From Chiloscyllium plagiosum (Eukaryota), in contig NC_057753.1 of assembly GCF_004010195.1 (NCBI RefSeq), positions 8,341,309 to 8,405,308 of the forward strand: a stretch of 64,000 nt of DNA. Reading direction: 5' to 3'. How positions within the stretch are numbered: position 1 is the stretch's first letter; the number at the start of each line of letters is the position of its first letter. Positions 27,016 through 39,225 of this stretch are shown piece by piece. The notes beneath the pieces were generated by a model. That model was not told the origin of the DNA, did no database searches, and saw nothing but the letters and a program-made list of their open reading frames with translations. Position numbers and translations under genes: made by a program.

Positions 27016-27229
27016 ATATTGCAATATGCGTTTCATTCATATGTGTTTTTCTATCTGCTGATTTATTTTATCCCACACATCCTGACTACAAGTAGGATGC
27101 CTGTACTTTAAGCATTAATGCTTAACTCTACGCACACAAACCTATACTTTCCTAATCTATGTTATTTCTTGCTATCAATACATTTTAATTTCTTAATAAC
27201 TTTTCAAGCTCGCCTCCTTTGACGATCTG

Positions 27230-28450
27230 CCTATGATTTTAATATGACACACATCCTAAAAATATATATTTCCCAGCCCTTGTCCCCTTGCAACGGCGTC
27301 TCTTCCAACCCCAGAAAGTCGTACCTCCTTATTTCAATCCACGCTACAAGCTCATTTATATTGTTTCGTATACTGGGTGCATTTAAGTTCAGCATGCTTA
27401 GTGCTGCATAGTCAGCCCAGTTCTCATAGTGGTCCCTTATCTGCTGTGCCTGGAAGTTATCCTTTCTGTATTCTGACCTATAACTCATTCAGGAAACTGT
27501 AAGAACCTCTATTGTGCTCTCGCCCCTTTAGATTTTCCGTTAATTTTCCATGCACCTGATCCCACTATCCCAATCTCACAACCCCACCATTTAGTTTAAA
27601 GCCCTATCCACAGATCTAATTATGGCATTTCCTAGGACTCTCGTCCCAGCGTTATTCTGATAAAGCCCAACCTGTCGGAACACCTCCCTTCTCTTCCAGA
27701 ACTGGTGCCAATCTCTTAGGAATTCGGACCCATTTCTCCCACAGCAATCTCCAATCCAAGCATTTACTTCTTTAATGTTTGGACCAAGTGCCAAATAGTT
27801 CTGGCTGAGGCAGTAACCCAGACATAATTTCCTTTGAATCAGTGCTTTTTCATTTATTCCCTAGCTGCTCATATTCCCTGAGCAGAACCTCCTTGTCCTT
27901 TCTACCTATATCTTTGTAACCTATGCGAATCACAGCAACTGGTTTTCCACGTTCCGATAACGAGTTTGCCTGCAGTCCAGGTGAAATATCCTGACCCCGG
28001 ACAGCAGACAAGCAACAAAATCTTATCAACTCTTGATCCTGAACACCGTTAAAAAAAATCTATTCCGTAACTGGACAGTCCCAGACTACAACTGCATTCC
28101 TCTTTTCACACCCTTCTTGAAGGGCTACATGTACCAGAGTGCTATCATCAGTTTGTTATCCTCCCAAAAGCTCTTGCTCTGATCCATATAGAGAGCAAGA
28201 ATGTCAAATCTGTTAGACAATCTCAAGGGTTACCATGCCTTCAGTACAATTTTCTGGATCCCACTACCATCCTGCAAGCTTTCATACCGAATGTCCCTGA
28301 TCGATGACCGAATTCAAGGAAGTCAATCAGGAGGATGGGTCTGACTGCTGAAACGTTAACTCCCGCCTCCCTGATATGGTGCAGCGTTCGACGTTCAGAT
28401 CCTTGATCATCAGTTCTGAGCCCCAAATTCTTCATGCCACCAGCATTTGT
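27230..28450 (-). mobile_element. Old CR1 5' region: ORF1 esterase and start of APE
   Basis: LNAPSIRN..ELVAWI..YDFLG..ET (APE); WIGDCCGRNG.EFL.DW..GLY.N.AG..LN (esterase end). Confidence 0.8.
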
Positions 28451-28667
28451 TTCAGATGTTGTCACTACAGTTGATGGGGTTTAACATGATCCAGGTCCAA
28501 CGAATCACCTGGCCCTGCACCTGTATTGTACTTAGTTAATTCTTAACTTGGTTTTTATTGAAATGTTTTTTTTTAGTTCTTAAACGGTAAATATTTCCAG
28601 TATTTCCCTTCAATCTGAAAGTAAGATGTCAACGTTACTAAAGAAGACCAACCAATGAAATTACAGC

Positions 28668-29020
28668 TTTTAGAAACATAGAGGAATAGACGAAAGGAGC
28701 AGGAGGAGGAGACTGGTCCACCATTCATCACGATCATGGCTGATCGTCCAACTGAATATCCTAATCTTGTTTTCTTCCCATGAGATTTGATCTCATTCAC
28801 CCCAAATGCTATTTCTCGACGCCTTTTGAATACATTCAATGGTTTGGCATTACCTACTTCCCGTGGTAATGAATACCGTAGACCCATCACTGATTAGGTG
28901 CAGAAACGTCTCCTCATCTCCGTCATAAAAGGTCTATCCACAATCCTCAGACTGTGATTCCCCGTTTCTGGATAAACCAACCATCAGGAGCATCCTCCCT
29001 GCGTCTTCCGTGTTTGTCCT
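28668..29020 (-). mobile_element. CR1 3' fragment with long UTR
   Basis: TAGAAACATAGA tail; GATCATGGCTGATC; minus frame LPREV..AKPLNVFK. Confidence 0.75.
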
Positions 29021-29884
29021 GTGATGGGCGATACAACTCTTTTGGCTGAGCTCCTGATCTTAGGTTTCAATTTGTACTGTTTGGAAAAACGTTTGCTCTT
29101 TTTCTATATTTTAGAGTTAATCTCATACAAACAAATGTCAGTGTTTCCTTCACATTCGTGATGATGAGAATTATATTATGTCCGTAGAATGAAGATGTTG
29201 CAATTTGAATTTAATTTATGTTAGTTAAATTAGTTTTATGAACAATTCTATTGAAACTGAAGCGTGTTTACCTGCACTCATGAAATACGGGCAGAGTTGG
29301 ATTTGAAACGATGAGCGTCACAATGGCGAACATGACTTTTTCCCTGCATATAATATCATCCTTAAAATGCTTGTTATGCCAATTTGATTCTGGAAAGTCA
29401 GAATATGACGAACCTGAACTAGATCAGATATGATACAATCTCGCAATTCACGTTGGATATTCCGAACATGAATGCAATTGTCATCAACTGTGTATATTCA
29501 CAATGAATAATTTTGTGCTGTTCGGCATAATGGGCAGGGTCGACGTTCCAACATCCAGTATAAAAATAAAGTCTACTCATGGTTATGTTGGTGGTTTTCT
29601 TAACTATGTAGGCCTCTACTCAAACGTATAACAGACTTAATTTGATCAGTATACCATGAAACCAAGGTAGTTTTTTTAATATGAGTCGAAATAACCAGAG
29701 ATTTGAAATCTTGTTGCTGGTGAGTCATGTCCATGGTGATCCAAAAGTGATGGTAACTGAGAACCTGGCTGCGTCTTCCTCGGAAATTTCGTATTTAAGA
29801 TATCGGAGCAAAATTACACCATTTGGCATATCGAATCTGCTCCACCGTTCGTTCATGGCTGGTATGTTTCTCAAGGGAACGCGA

Positions 29885-32650
29885 TGGCCTACTGGTGTTA
29901 TGGCTGGACTATTAATGCAGGGATCCAGGTAGTATTCGAGAGACCTGCGTTCGAATCTCCGCCACGGTAACTCGTGACATTTGTATCCAATAAAAAGTGT
30001 CTAGAATTACGCATCTGTGGATGACCATGAAATCATTGTCAATTGTTGGAAAAAAAATCATCTGTTTCATTATTGATCCTCATGTGATTCTGAACTTACT
30101 GCAATGTGGTTAAAAAATAATTTCCTTCCGAAATGGCAGAGCAAATCATTTAGTTGGACCAATCGCTAAAACGTTTCATAGAAAGGGAAGTGGACGGCTC
30201 ACCTGGCATCGATCTCGGCATTGGGAAAAATAATGGTTGAAACGGTTGAGACTCTGCCAATCCTCTTACTGACATTCGGAGGCTGCTTCCAAGATTGGGA
30301 GAGTTGTCTCAGAGACTAATCAAGCAACAAACTGACAGAGATCTACTCAAGGAATTCTAACTTACAGGCAATGTTAGATTCCACCGTCAATATTCCTGGA
30401 TATGTTCTGTCCCACTGTGAAGACAGAACAATAGAGGTGGAGGCACGGTGGTATACAGTCGGGATGGAGTTGCCCTGGGAATCCTCAACATTGACTCCAG
30501 ACACAATTAAACATCTTGGTTTCAGATTAAACATGAGGAAAGGAAACTGATTGCTGATTACCATATACCGTTCATCTACAGCTTATGATTATGTCATCTT
30601 CCATGTTGAACAACACTCGGAGGTGGAACGAGGATGGCAAGGGCACAGGATACATTCTTGGTGGCGGACTTCAATGCCCATTATTGGTCAGAAGCAGTAC
30701 TACTAATTGAGCTGGTCGGGTCCTAAATAATACAATTGTAGACGGGGCTTGCAGCAGGTGTTCAGTGAACCAACAAGAGGAAAAAAAACATACTTCACTT
30801 CATCCTTACCAATATACTAGCTGCAGATGCAGCTATCCATGAAAGTATTTATTAAAGTGAACCGCCGTGCAGTCCTTATGTAACCAAAGTTCCATCTTCA
30901 TATTGAGAATAACCTCCATCGTGTTGTGTGGCACTATCACCATGTTAAACGTGACAGACTTTGAACAGATCTAACACGTCAAGACTGGACATCCATGGGG
31001 CGGTGTGGTAAACAGTTGCAGAATTGTACTCCAGTAAAAACTGCCACCTCATGGTTCAGTATAACCCCCTCACTCAACAACTGTCATTAAGCTGGGGACC
31101 AACCCTGGTACAATGTAGAGTGTAGGTGGGCATGCCAGAAACAGTACCAGGAATCCTTAAGGGCAGATGACATCCTGGTAAAGCAAATGAACAGGACATG
31201 CCACATTGCAAAAGCAACATGTGAGAGACAGAGCTAAGTGATACTACAGCCAACGGGTCAGATCCAAGTTCTACAGTCCTGCCATAGCCAGTCATGAATG
31301 GTGGTGGACGAGTAAACGGCACACTGGAGGAGGCTCCAAAAGTATCTCGACTTTGAATGATGGAGGAGCCCAACTCAGCAGTGCAAAAGATAGTGCTGAA
31401 GATTTTGCAGCAACGTTGAGCTATCTTCAGCAATAAATGTCGAGTGGATGATCTATCTCGGCCTCTTCCAGAGGTTCTGAGCAACACATATAGCAGTGTT
31501 CAGCCAATTCCAATCATTTCACGTGATATCACGAAACTGGATACTGCAAGGACCACTGGCATTGGCAAGATTGAGGCAGTACTGAAGACGTGTACTCACT
31601 GCGTCCGTTGCTAAGCTGTTCCAGTACAGTTACAACGGTGGCATCTGCCTGGCAAAGCGGAGAAATGTAAAAGTATGCCCTTTACATTAAACACGGATAA
31701 ATCCAACTCGGCCAATTACTGCCCCATCATTCCACTCTTAATCATCAATAAACTGATGGAAGGTGTCATCAACAGTATTATCAAGGAGCAGATGCAGACC
31801 AATCGCGACTCCTCAGACACTTGAGCAGTCCATGTCCAAATGCAATAAGATCTGGACAATATTGAGGCTTCATTTGACAAATGAGAAAATATATTAAAGC
31901 AAGGCGAATGCCAGACTATGCCTATTATCATTAAAAAAAAACAATCTTACTACTGTACTTTGTCACTCAATTGTGTTAAGAATACTGAAACCCCCAGTGT
32001 CACCTCATGAGACACCAAACTAGACTCACTAAATAGCACAGTGGCTGCAAGAGCAGGTCAGAGGTTAGGAATACTTCGGGAAGTAATCCAACTCCTGAAC
32101 CCACACCCAAACCTTCTCTACGAACTCCAAGGCACAAGGCAGCAGTGTTCTGGAATACTCCTACGTACCTGGATGAGTGCCGCCAAAACACCACTCAAGA
32201 AGCTTAACCCTATCCAGGATAAAGCCGCCTGCTTGATTGACACTGCAAGCATTAGTATTCACTCCCACCACCATCGATACTGAGTAGCATCAGTGTGTAC
32301 TATCGACAAGATGCACTGCAGAAATTCACCAACGATCCTCAGATACCTCCTTCTAAACCCAAGACCACGTCCACGAAAAAGGGCATAGGCAGCAGATATA
32401 TGAGAACACCACAATCTTCAAGTTCACCTCCAAGCCATTCAATCCTGACTTGGAATTATAGTGCCATCCCTTCACCGCCACTGAGTCAAAGTCCTAGAAT
32501 TCTCTCCATTATGGCATTTTGGTCAACCTGTAGCACAGAGACTGCAGTGGCACAAGAAGGCGGCTCACCACCACCTTCTCAATGGACTAGCCATAGATAA
32601 TAAACGCTGAACACTCAGGAGCGCCCACATCCCACAACAGGAATAAAAAA
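29885..32650 (+). mobile_element. Second CR1-clade LINE family: tRNA-like head, APE, partial RT (core deleted near 31803), intact 3' end
   Basis: A-box TGGCCTACTGG 29885, B-box GTTCGAATC 29949; LGELSQRLIKQQTD, ADFN, NPTRPITA/NYxP; ends GCGCCCACATCCCACAACAGGAATAAAAAA. Confidence 0.85.
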
Positions 32651-32699
32651 GTAAGAAAAAAAAGCTAATTCTTCGCTCCGTAATCGTTTATCCCCATCA

Positions 32700-32990
32700 A
32701 TAATCTAATTATCTCTAGATTAAATGCACTCAATGACTTGTCCGTCAGAGATTTCCATGGTAATGAATTCCAGCTTTTCACCACCCTCTGTCTGAAGAAA
32801 CTCATCTTCATCTCAGTTTTCAAAAGGGTCGTTGCTTTTCTCTGACATGGTGCCCTCGGGTCTTCGTCTCTCCTAAATTTGGAAGCATCAATTCCACGTC
32901 CACACTATACAGGCTTCCCAGTATGCTCCCTCATCGTTCTAAGCTTCATCAACTATGGATGTAGAATCCTCAACCACTCCTCGTATGAAA
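32700..32990 (-). mobile_element. Old CR1 3' fragment
   Basis: GAATTCCAGCTTTTCACCACCCTCTGTCTGAAGAAA is the reverse complement of FF.QRVV..WN. Confidence 0.7.
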
Positions 32991-33314
32991 TATGACACAA
33001 GAGAAGTTTGGCCTGGTCGGCTAAGAACACAACAACTTTGGTTAGACCAAATTTTGTCAGTATTGTTAAATGTAATGCTTCCCTTCTTTGGGTGCTGGGT
33101 GTTTCATGTTTGGTCCTTGTCACGTCCTGTGATAAACTTACTGCTGCAACAGAGCACCAACACCGGAGGACTGGTAATTACATTCATTTGTTTATTGCAA
33201 TAAGTTTAATTAATGCATAATATCATAGAACCTAATTAACTCCCAGGAGCCTGACATCTATAATACTAGTCATTTCCAAAGGTTTGGCGAATGTGTTAAC
33301 AGCTTCTGATAGAC

Positions 33315-33384
33315 ATGCACGGGTTGGTAACAGGTCTGCAGTTTGCCATTTACTATCCTTTCGTTGCAGCAGTCGGAGTTCCAG
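33315..33384 (+). CDS. GPR139-like class A GPCR, coding exon 1 (MHGLVTGLQFAIYYPFVAAVGVP+G)
   Basis: ATG at 33315; YYP..A.GVP is the TM1 start; donor CCAG|GTAAAG in phase 1 matches the exon 2 acceptor. Confidence 0.88.
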
Positions 33385-34753
33385 GTAAAGTATTACCGAT
33401 AGTCAATACCTAAATCATTCACTTTATCAAAACATGTAATTTATAATTAGCGCTTTTCACTTTGACTGATAGTGTTCACGGCATTCAGTGAGTATGCTTC
33501 AATCCAGTCACAGCTATAAAGTTTTTACATTAAGTTACGTAAATTTAAACACTATTAATTCATTATATCGATGTTATGACTTGTCCAATTTATTGATGGA
33601 TTTTCGAGGTATCAATGCTTTCATTCATTACATTTAACGTCGTTATTTTTCTTTTTCTGGCATAGAACTTCCATCCCCATTAATCTATAACGTTTGTGTG
33701 TGTAAGTTTATGCAAATATCATGTCACACCTTTAAGTATACAACTTCCCAACTTACCATTGTTTCATCAGAATATAAATCAACTCTGTGTTATTGGCAAA
33801 ACTATTGTTTGTGAATCGCCAACAAGTTACTGTGATTGAAAGTAGTTCGGCTGTATCATTGATAATGTTGATAAGATTGAATAGCCACAGCATCATCACA
33901 GCGGAATTGAAATTCTTTTATCTTGAAGCAGATTTTCCCCCCTGTTGTTTAATTATTATATTGTAATAACTGGGATACGCAGTGTTATTCCGAATTTAGA
34001 ATGGGATGAAATATTATCGACGGTGGTTATGTTGAGACAATTCAAAAATTGAATAATTTCTGATTAAAATTGGTGAATGCATTTATTAATTAAAGGGTTT
34101 TCAACATCATAACTTTTTCAGTACTTTAAAGTGTTTCCCGTTAATGGATAATTGATTATTGTCCCTAACATAGAATAGTCCTTCTGTTCCCAAACTCTAA
34201 CATTGACTGCTTCTTAATATTGACACTGATATAGCATGTACTAATAATGGTTCTAAATTGACGAAAAAACGCTGTAGAAACACAAATATCCTGCTCATTT
34301 CTACTTGTGTCAAAACTTTTTTGAACTAGACGTGTTTTCACTTTTTCGGAAGAGAAGTATTTTAAGATTTTTTCTTAAAATGAGCCACGTTAAAGTCTGG
34401 TTGCGGGATAGCCTGTGTTCATATAATATTCTACACATATCGTTGTCTGCACTATTATTTGGTGATTCTAGGATTTTCTATATTTCTTTGTTGGTTTAAT
34501 ATTTTCTTGTAAAATAGATGTCGGGGTGTTCGGTGTCAGAGCTTATCACATATCTTTCATCTTTGAATCACTGATGTGGTCTATTTTTAACCAAGATGAC
34601 CGTGATAAAATTATCAAATAATTAATCCGGTATAAGAGAGTATATTCGATATTTGTTCTAGTCTCAGCTCTTTGAATCGCTCAGTGTCCAGTACAATGAA
34701 TGATCTTGTTCGAGTCGAATCCATTCCGATCGTATTCTTTCTTTCTCCTGCAG

Positions 34754-35658
34754 CTAACTTGGCAGTAATCGTGATCTTGTCCCGAAAAAGATGCGGTCTC
34801 TCTGGATGTATTATTTATTATCTGCTGTCAATGGCAGTAGCAGATCTTCTAGTCATAGTCACGACTGTTATACTAAATCGGATTACTGGGATATTTTCAC
34901 CTTATAGTTTCCTATCTATCACACCTGTATGCAGCGTGCGTACTGCTATAAACTTTGCAGTTGTCGACAGTTCTGCTTGGTTAACAGTCAGTTTCACGTT
35001 TGATAGATTTGTGGCCATTTCTTGCCAGAAACTGAAAATAAAATATTGTACCGAGAATATGGCTATTGGAATTATAGATATCGTGTCCACACTGTGCTCC
35101 CTAAAAAGTATCTTCGTGTATTTTGTATTTGAACCTATCTACATACAGAACAAGATACCCTGGCTCTGCACCATAAAACATATATATTATACATCAGCTG
35201 CATGGACAGTATATGACTGGTTTCGCTGCATTTTAAACCCGCTGCTCCCATTCATTCTCATTTTACTGCTCAATGCTCTGACTGTCAGAAACATTTTAGC
35301 AGCTAATGGAGCTCGCAGGAGACTCCAGAGGAGTAGAGAGAAGCAGTGTGACCGAGAGATGGAGAAGCGGAAAAAGTCTATTGTTTTACTCTTTGCAATC
35401 TCTGGCAGCTTTATTCTGTTAAATTTATTATTTTTTGTCACGATTCTCTCTGTCCGAGTTGGGAATGCAACTTACCACTCAGGCTCTGAGATCAGTAATT
35501 CCACTTTGACGCTTCAAGAAGGCGGATATATGCTTCAAATATTGAGTTCCTGCATCAATCCGTTTATATATGCTGGGACCCAGAGTAAATTCAGAACTGA
35601 GTTAAAGAATGCAGTGAAATATCCATTGAGCTGGTTGATTAACATAAAAAAGATTTGA
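34754..35658 (+). CDS. GPR139-like class A GPCR, coding exon 2 (7TM body); spliced product 324 aa
   Basis: Acceptor TTCTTTCTTTCTCCTGCAG; G|CT AAC gives GVPAN (N1.50); MAVADL, PVC, FTFDRFVAI, PWLC, LPF, SGSFIL, NPFIY; uninterrupted frame. Confidence 0.93.
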
Positions 35659-36799
35659 AACTGGAAAATCGAAGAAGAATTATTTAAACCTCTATTTTCT
35701 TTTAGAACATTCAGGTATTGCCCAAAACTGGAATAACCTTTGATCAACTGCCCTTAGCGGCCCAGATTCCTTCTACACTGACGATCTGAATTGACTCCTC
35801 ATACTCCCCACGTGGCTAAACTCGACTGTTATACTCACACCCCGCTGCGACATTTATAGATATGGCCTTTCGATGACGCCAAAGTTGTGACCTAAACCTG
35901 AATTTAATCATATTTTGGTTGTTCCACACTACTCAGATTGTGAGAAAAACTTGACTATGTCTGTGACTATAACTTTTCCTATAATCGATATACTATTGAA
36001 CAAATTAAGATTAGTATCACCAGTTTTAGTCGTTGGCATTTGATCTACACACCCTGACATCACTTTCCCTTTTTCAAGAGGGATGATCTCTTACACACAC
36101 ACACGGGCAAACACACATAGACGGAGAGGGAGGTAACCATCAGTAACACGAACTGAACACCGTTTTCCAACTTAAACTGGCCGCCAGGGATCATTATTTG
36201 ACCATTTGTTTGAGCAAATGCCCCATCTAAACAAAACATGACCGGCACAGAACAAAAGCACAAAACTGAGTAAATTACAAAAAAAAACTCAAACAGTGCA
36301 GTCTTTTTGAAATTGGACTGCTTCTTTTGTTGACACCGAGCTTGATTGCAAAACATAGTCCGATCATACATCGATTTATCATTAGGTTCTGAAATTAAAG
36401 TGCATAGTAGGAGACTGTGGACATCTTCGTGCGTATATAAACAATGTCACCTCAAGGAGTTTCATTTTCCTTGTCTTTATCGTTAATTGTGCATGTCCTT
36501 TTTTAGTTAATTAAACTCTCATTCCTTTCACTGTATCACAAGACCTCTGTTCTCTTTATTTTGTCCTTCAAAATCCATTTCATTGCCTCTGGCTTCTTTC
36601 AAATCCATTATATCCCTCAAAGAGTAAACTCACAGAAATGCAGAATTATTAGAACGTTTACCACTCAGCACTCAGCCCGTCGTCTATCATCTGGTTCTGC
36701 TCTTCTTAGGAATAAAAGAATGATCTATAGGTATATCACGGTTTTTTTTAAATGACTAGAGAAAGATTAGAGCCAATCAAGGATAGTATTAAAAAGTTG

Positions 36800-37415
36800 C
36801 ACGTGGAGTCATCTTTCCAAAAGCTGCTGTCCAATCTGTTCTATAATCCCTCAGCTGTTTGGGGTTGTGTTCAGAAAACACCCAGTAAAGTGACTGTTCC
36901 TTACCTGTGACTGAATTCCACCCATACTGACTCAACTGTGATGCACTCTGTAATTAACAATGTTAATCCCCCTCCTCTTTTCAAATCCTCCCAGTACTTT
37001 TAAAAAAAGATTTAGAACATGGAACATCCAGCAACCAGTCCTATGCTTGTGAAATCAATGTCCCCGTTCTGGCCACACATTGTAGTTCCAAGTACTGATC
37101 CATGCTCTGAGTTCATTACTCTTATTCCTGATACTCTTTATACTGAAAGAACCTCCACGTTTCTGTCGTGCATTTCCCTTAGAATATCTGGTCCCAATTT
37201 ATGCTTCACACTTTCTGCCAAGTAGCATTATACCACCCCCCTAATTAAATTCTTCCCCACACTATCTGCTCCTATCCCCTCCATGACGATAGTAATGTTC
37301 AGAGAGTTGTGACCACTATCACCTAAATCCTATGTCACTGAGAGTTCCGACTCCTGAACGAGTTTGTTGCCAAGCACCGAGTCCAGTATGACCTCCCCTC
37401 TACTCGGCCTGACCA
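36800..37415 (-). mobile_element. Old CR1 APE fragments
   Basis: CCTCCTCTTTT..CATGGAACAT..GTCCCCGTTCTGG (ET); GACCACTATCACC (DSDH-like); GAGTCCAGTATG (ILD). Confidence 0.7.
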
Positions 37416-37419
37416 TATA

Positions 37420-38028
37420 TATAGAGTCACATTATATGGTGCCGGAAAAGTACAGGCGGTCAGGCAACACCCGAGGAAGAGATTCGACGTTTCGAGCACA
37501 AGCCCATCATCAGAAATGAGGCACGTGTTCCAAGTGGACTGAGAGATAATTATATTGGAAAGGGATTTGGCTGGTAGGAAAGTAGCTGGAATGTGATAGG
37601 TATATTAAGTTGGGAGTGAAGGTTATAGGTTGGAGAAGACGGTGGTGCAGATAAGTGGGAAGGAAGGTGGACACTTAAGATAGTGCAAGAGGGTGATGCC
37701 GAGTTGGAAAGGTTGGATCTGAGATAAGGTGGGGGAGGGGAAATCAGAAACTTGTGAAATCCACATTGTTCCCGTGTGACTGGAGGGTCCCAAGGTGGAA
37801 AATGTGTCTTTCTTCCTCCAGACATCGGGTGGTTATTGTTTGGCGGTGGCGGAGACCCAGGTTCTGAATATCCTTGGTGGAGTGGGTGGGAGAGTTAAAG
37901 TGTTCAGGCACAGAGAGATGGGTCGATTAGTGCGTGTGTCCTAATGTTGTTCCCTGAAACGTTCTGCAAGTAGGCGCCCTCTCCCGCCAATGTACAGGAG
38001 ACCACATTGGGAGCAACGGACACAGTAG
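37420..38028 (-). mobile_element. Penelope 3' part: GIY-YIG endonuclease and terminal repeat
   Basis: YCVRCSQCGLLYIG..LAERFREQ; terminus with hammerhead core. Confidence 0.9.
37482..37517 (-). ncRNA. Minimal type I hammerhead ribozyme motif in a Penelope terminus
   Basis: Minus: ATTT-CTGATGA-T-GGGC TTGT GCTC-GAAA-CGTC-GAAT (core, stem II, palindromic stem III, stem I). Confidence 0.75.
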
Positions 38029-39225
38029 AATTGGCTGGCTGACAGAAGGCAGAGAGTAGTTGTAGATGGAAAGTATGCTGCCTGGAGGTCAGTGTTGAGT
38101 GTGGTCCTGCAGGGTTCTGTTACATAGAACATAGAACATAGAAGAATACAGCGCCTGGTTGGCTGACAGAAGGCAGAGAGTAGTTGTAGATGGAAGGTAT
38201 GCTGCCTGGAGGTCAGTGTTGAGTGTAGTCCTGCAGGGTTCTGTTCTTGTGCCTCTGGTCTTTGTAGTTTTAATAAATTATTTGGATGACGAGGTTGAGG
38301 GGTGGATTAGTAAATTTGTAGATGACACAAAGGTTGGACGTGTCGTCGACGGTATAGAGGGTTTCTGCAGGCTGCAGCGTGACATAGAGAGGATGCAGAG
38401 CTAGGCTGAGAAATGGCAGGTGGAGTTCAACCTGGATAAATGCGAAGTGATGCATTTTGGGAGGTCAAACTCGAATGCTGAATTTAGGATTAAAGACAGG
38501 ATTCTTGGCAGTGTGGAGGAGCAGAGGGATCTAGGTGTGCAAGTAAATAGATCCTTCAAAGTTGCCACCCAAGTTGATTGGTTTGTTAAGAAAGCATATG
38601 GTGTTTTGGCTTTCATTAACAGGGGGATCGAGTTTAAGAGCCGCGAGGTTTTTCTACAGCTCTACAAGTCTCTGGTAAGAACACACTTGGAATATTGTGT
38701 CGAGTTCTGGTCGACTAATATAGGAAAGATACAGAGGCTTTGGAGAGGGTGCGAAGAAGGTTTACCAGGATGGTTCCTGGACTGGAAGGCTTGCCTTACG
38801 AAGAAAGATTGACGAAGCTCGGACTTTTCTTTCTGGAGAGAAGGAGGAAGAGAGGAGACCTGATCAAGGTGTACACAATAATTAGTGCAATAGAAAGAGT
38901 CAATAGCCAAAGACTTTACCCCAGGGCAGGATTGACTGGTACGAGAAGTCATAGTTTGAAGATATTAGGAGGAATGTATAAAGGAGACATCAGAGGTAGG
39001 TTCTTTCCGCAGTGAGTTGTGAATGCATGGAATGCGTTGCCAGTTGAGGTGATGGAAGCAGAGTCATTGGGGACATTTAAGCGACTGCTGGACATTCACA
39101 TGGATAGCAGTGAGTTGAGGGGTAAATAGGCTAAGTTACTATATTTCACACTAGAATTAAACCTCGGCACAACATCGTGGGCCAAAGGGCCTGACTGTGC
39201 TGTACTTTTATATGTTCTATGTTCA
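38029..39225 (+). mobile_element. CR1 LINE 3' 1.1 kb with a duplicated 5' segment
   Basis: RRQRVVVDG, QGSVL, FVDD, EYCVEFW; tail GTACTTTTATATGTTCTATGTTC. Confidence 0.95.

Noticed and set aside
34672..34753. N-terminal MNRSVSS... extension of the GPCR ORF
   Set aside because: Starts at TTG and runs through a polypyrimidine tract and AG acceptor; a better TM1-completing exon exists at 33315
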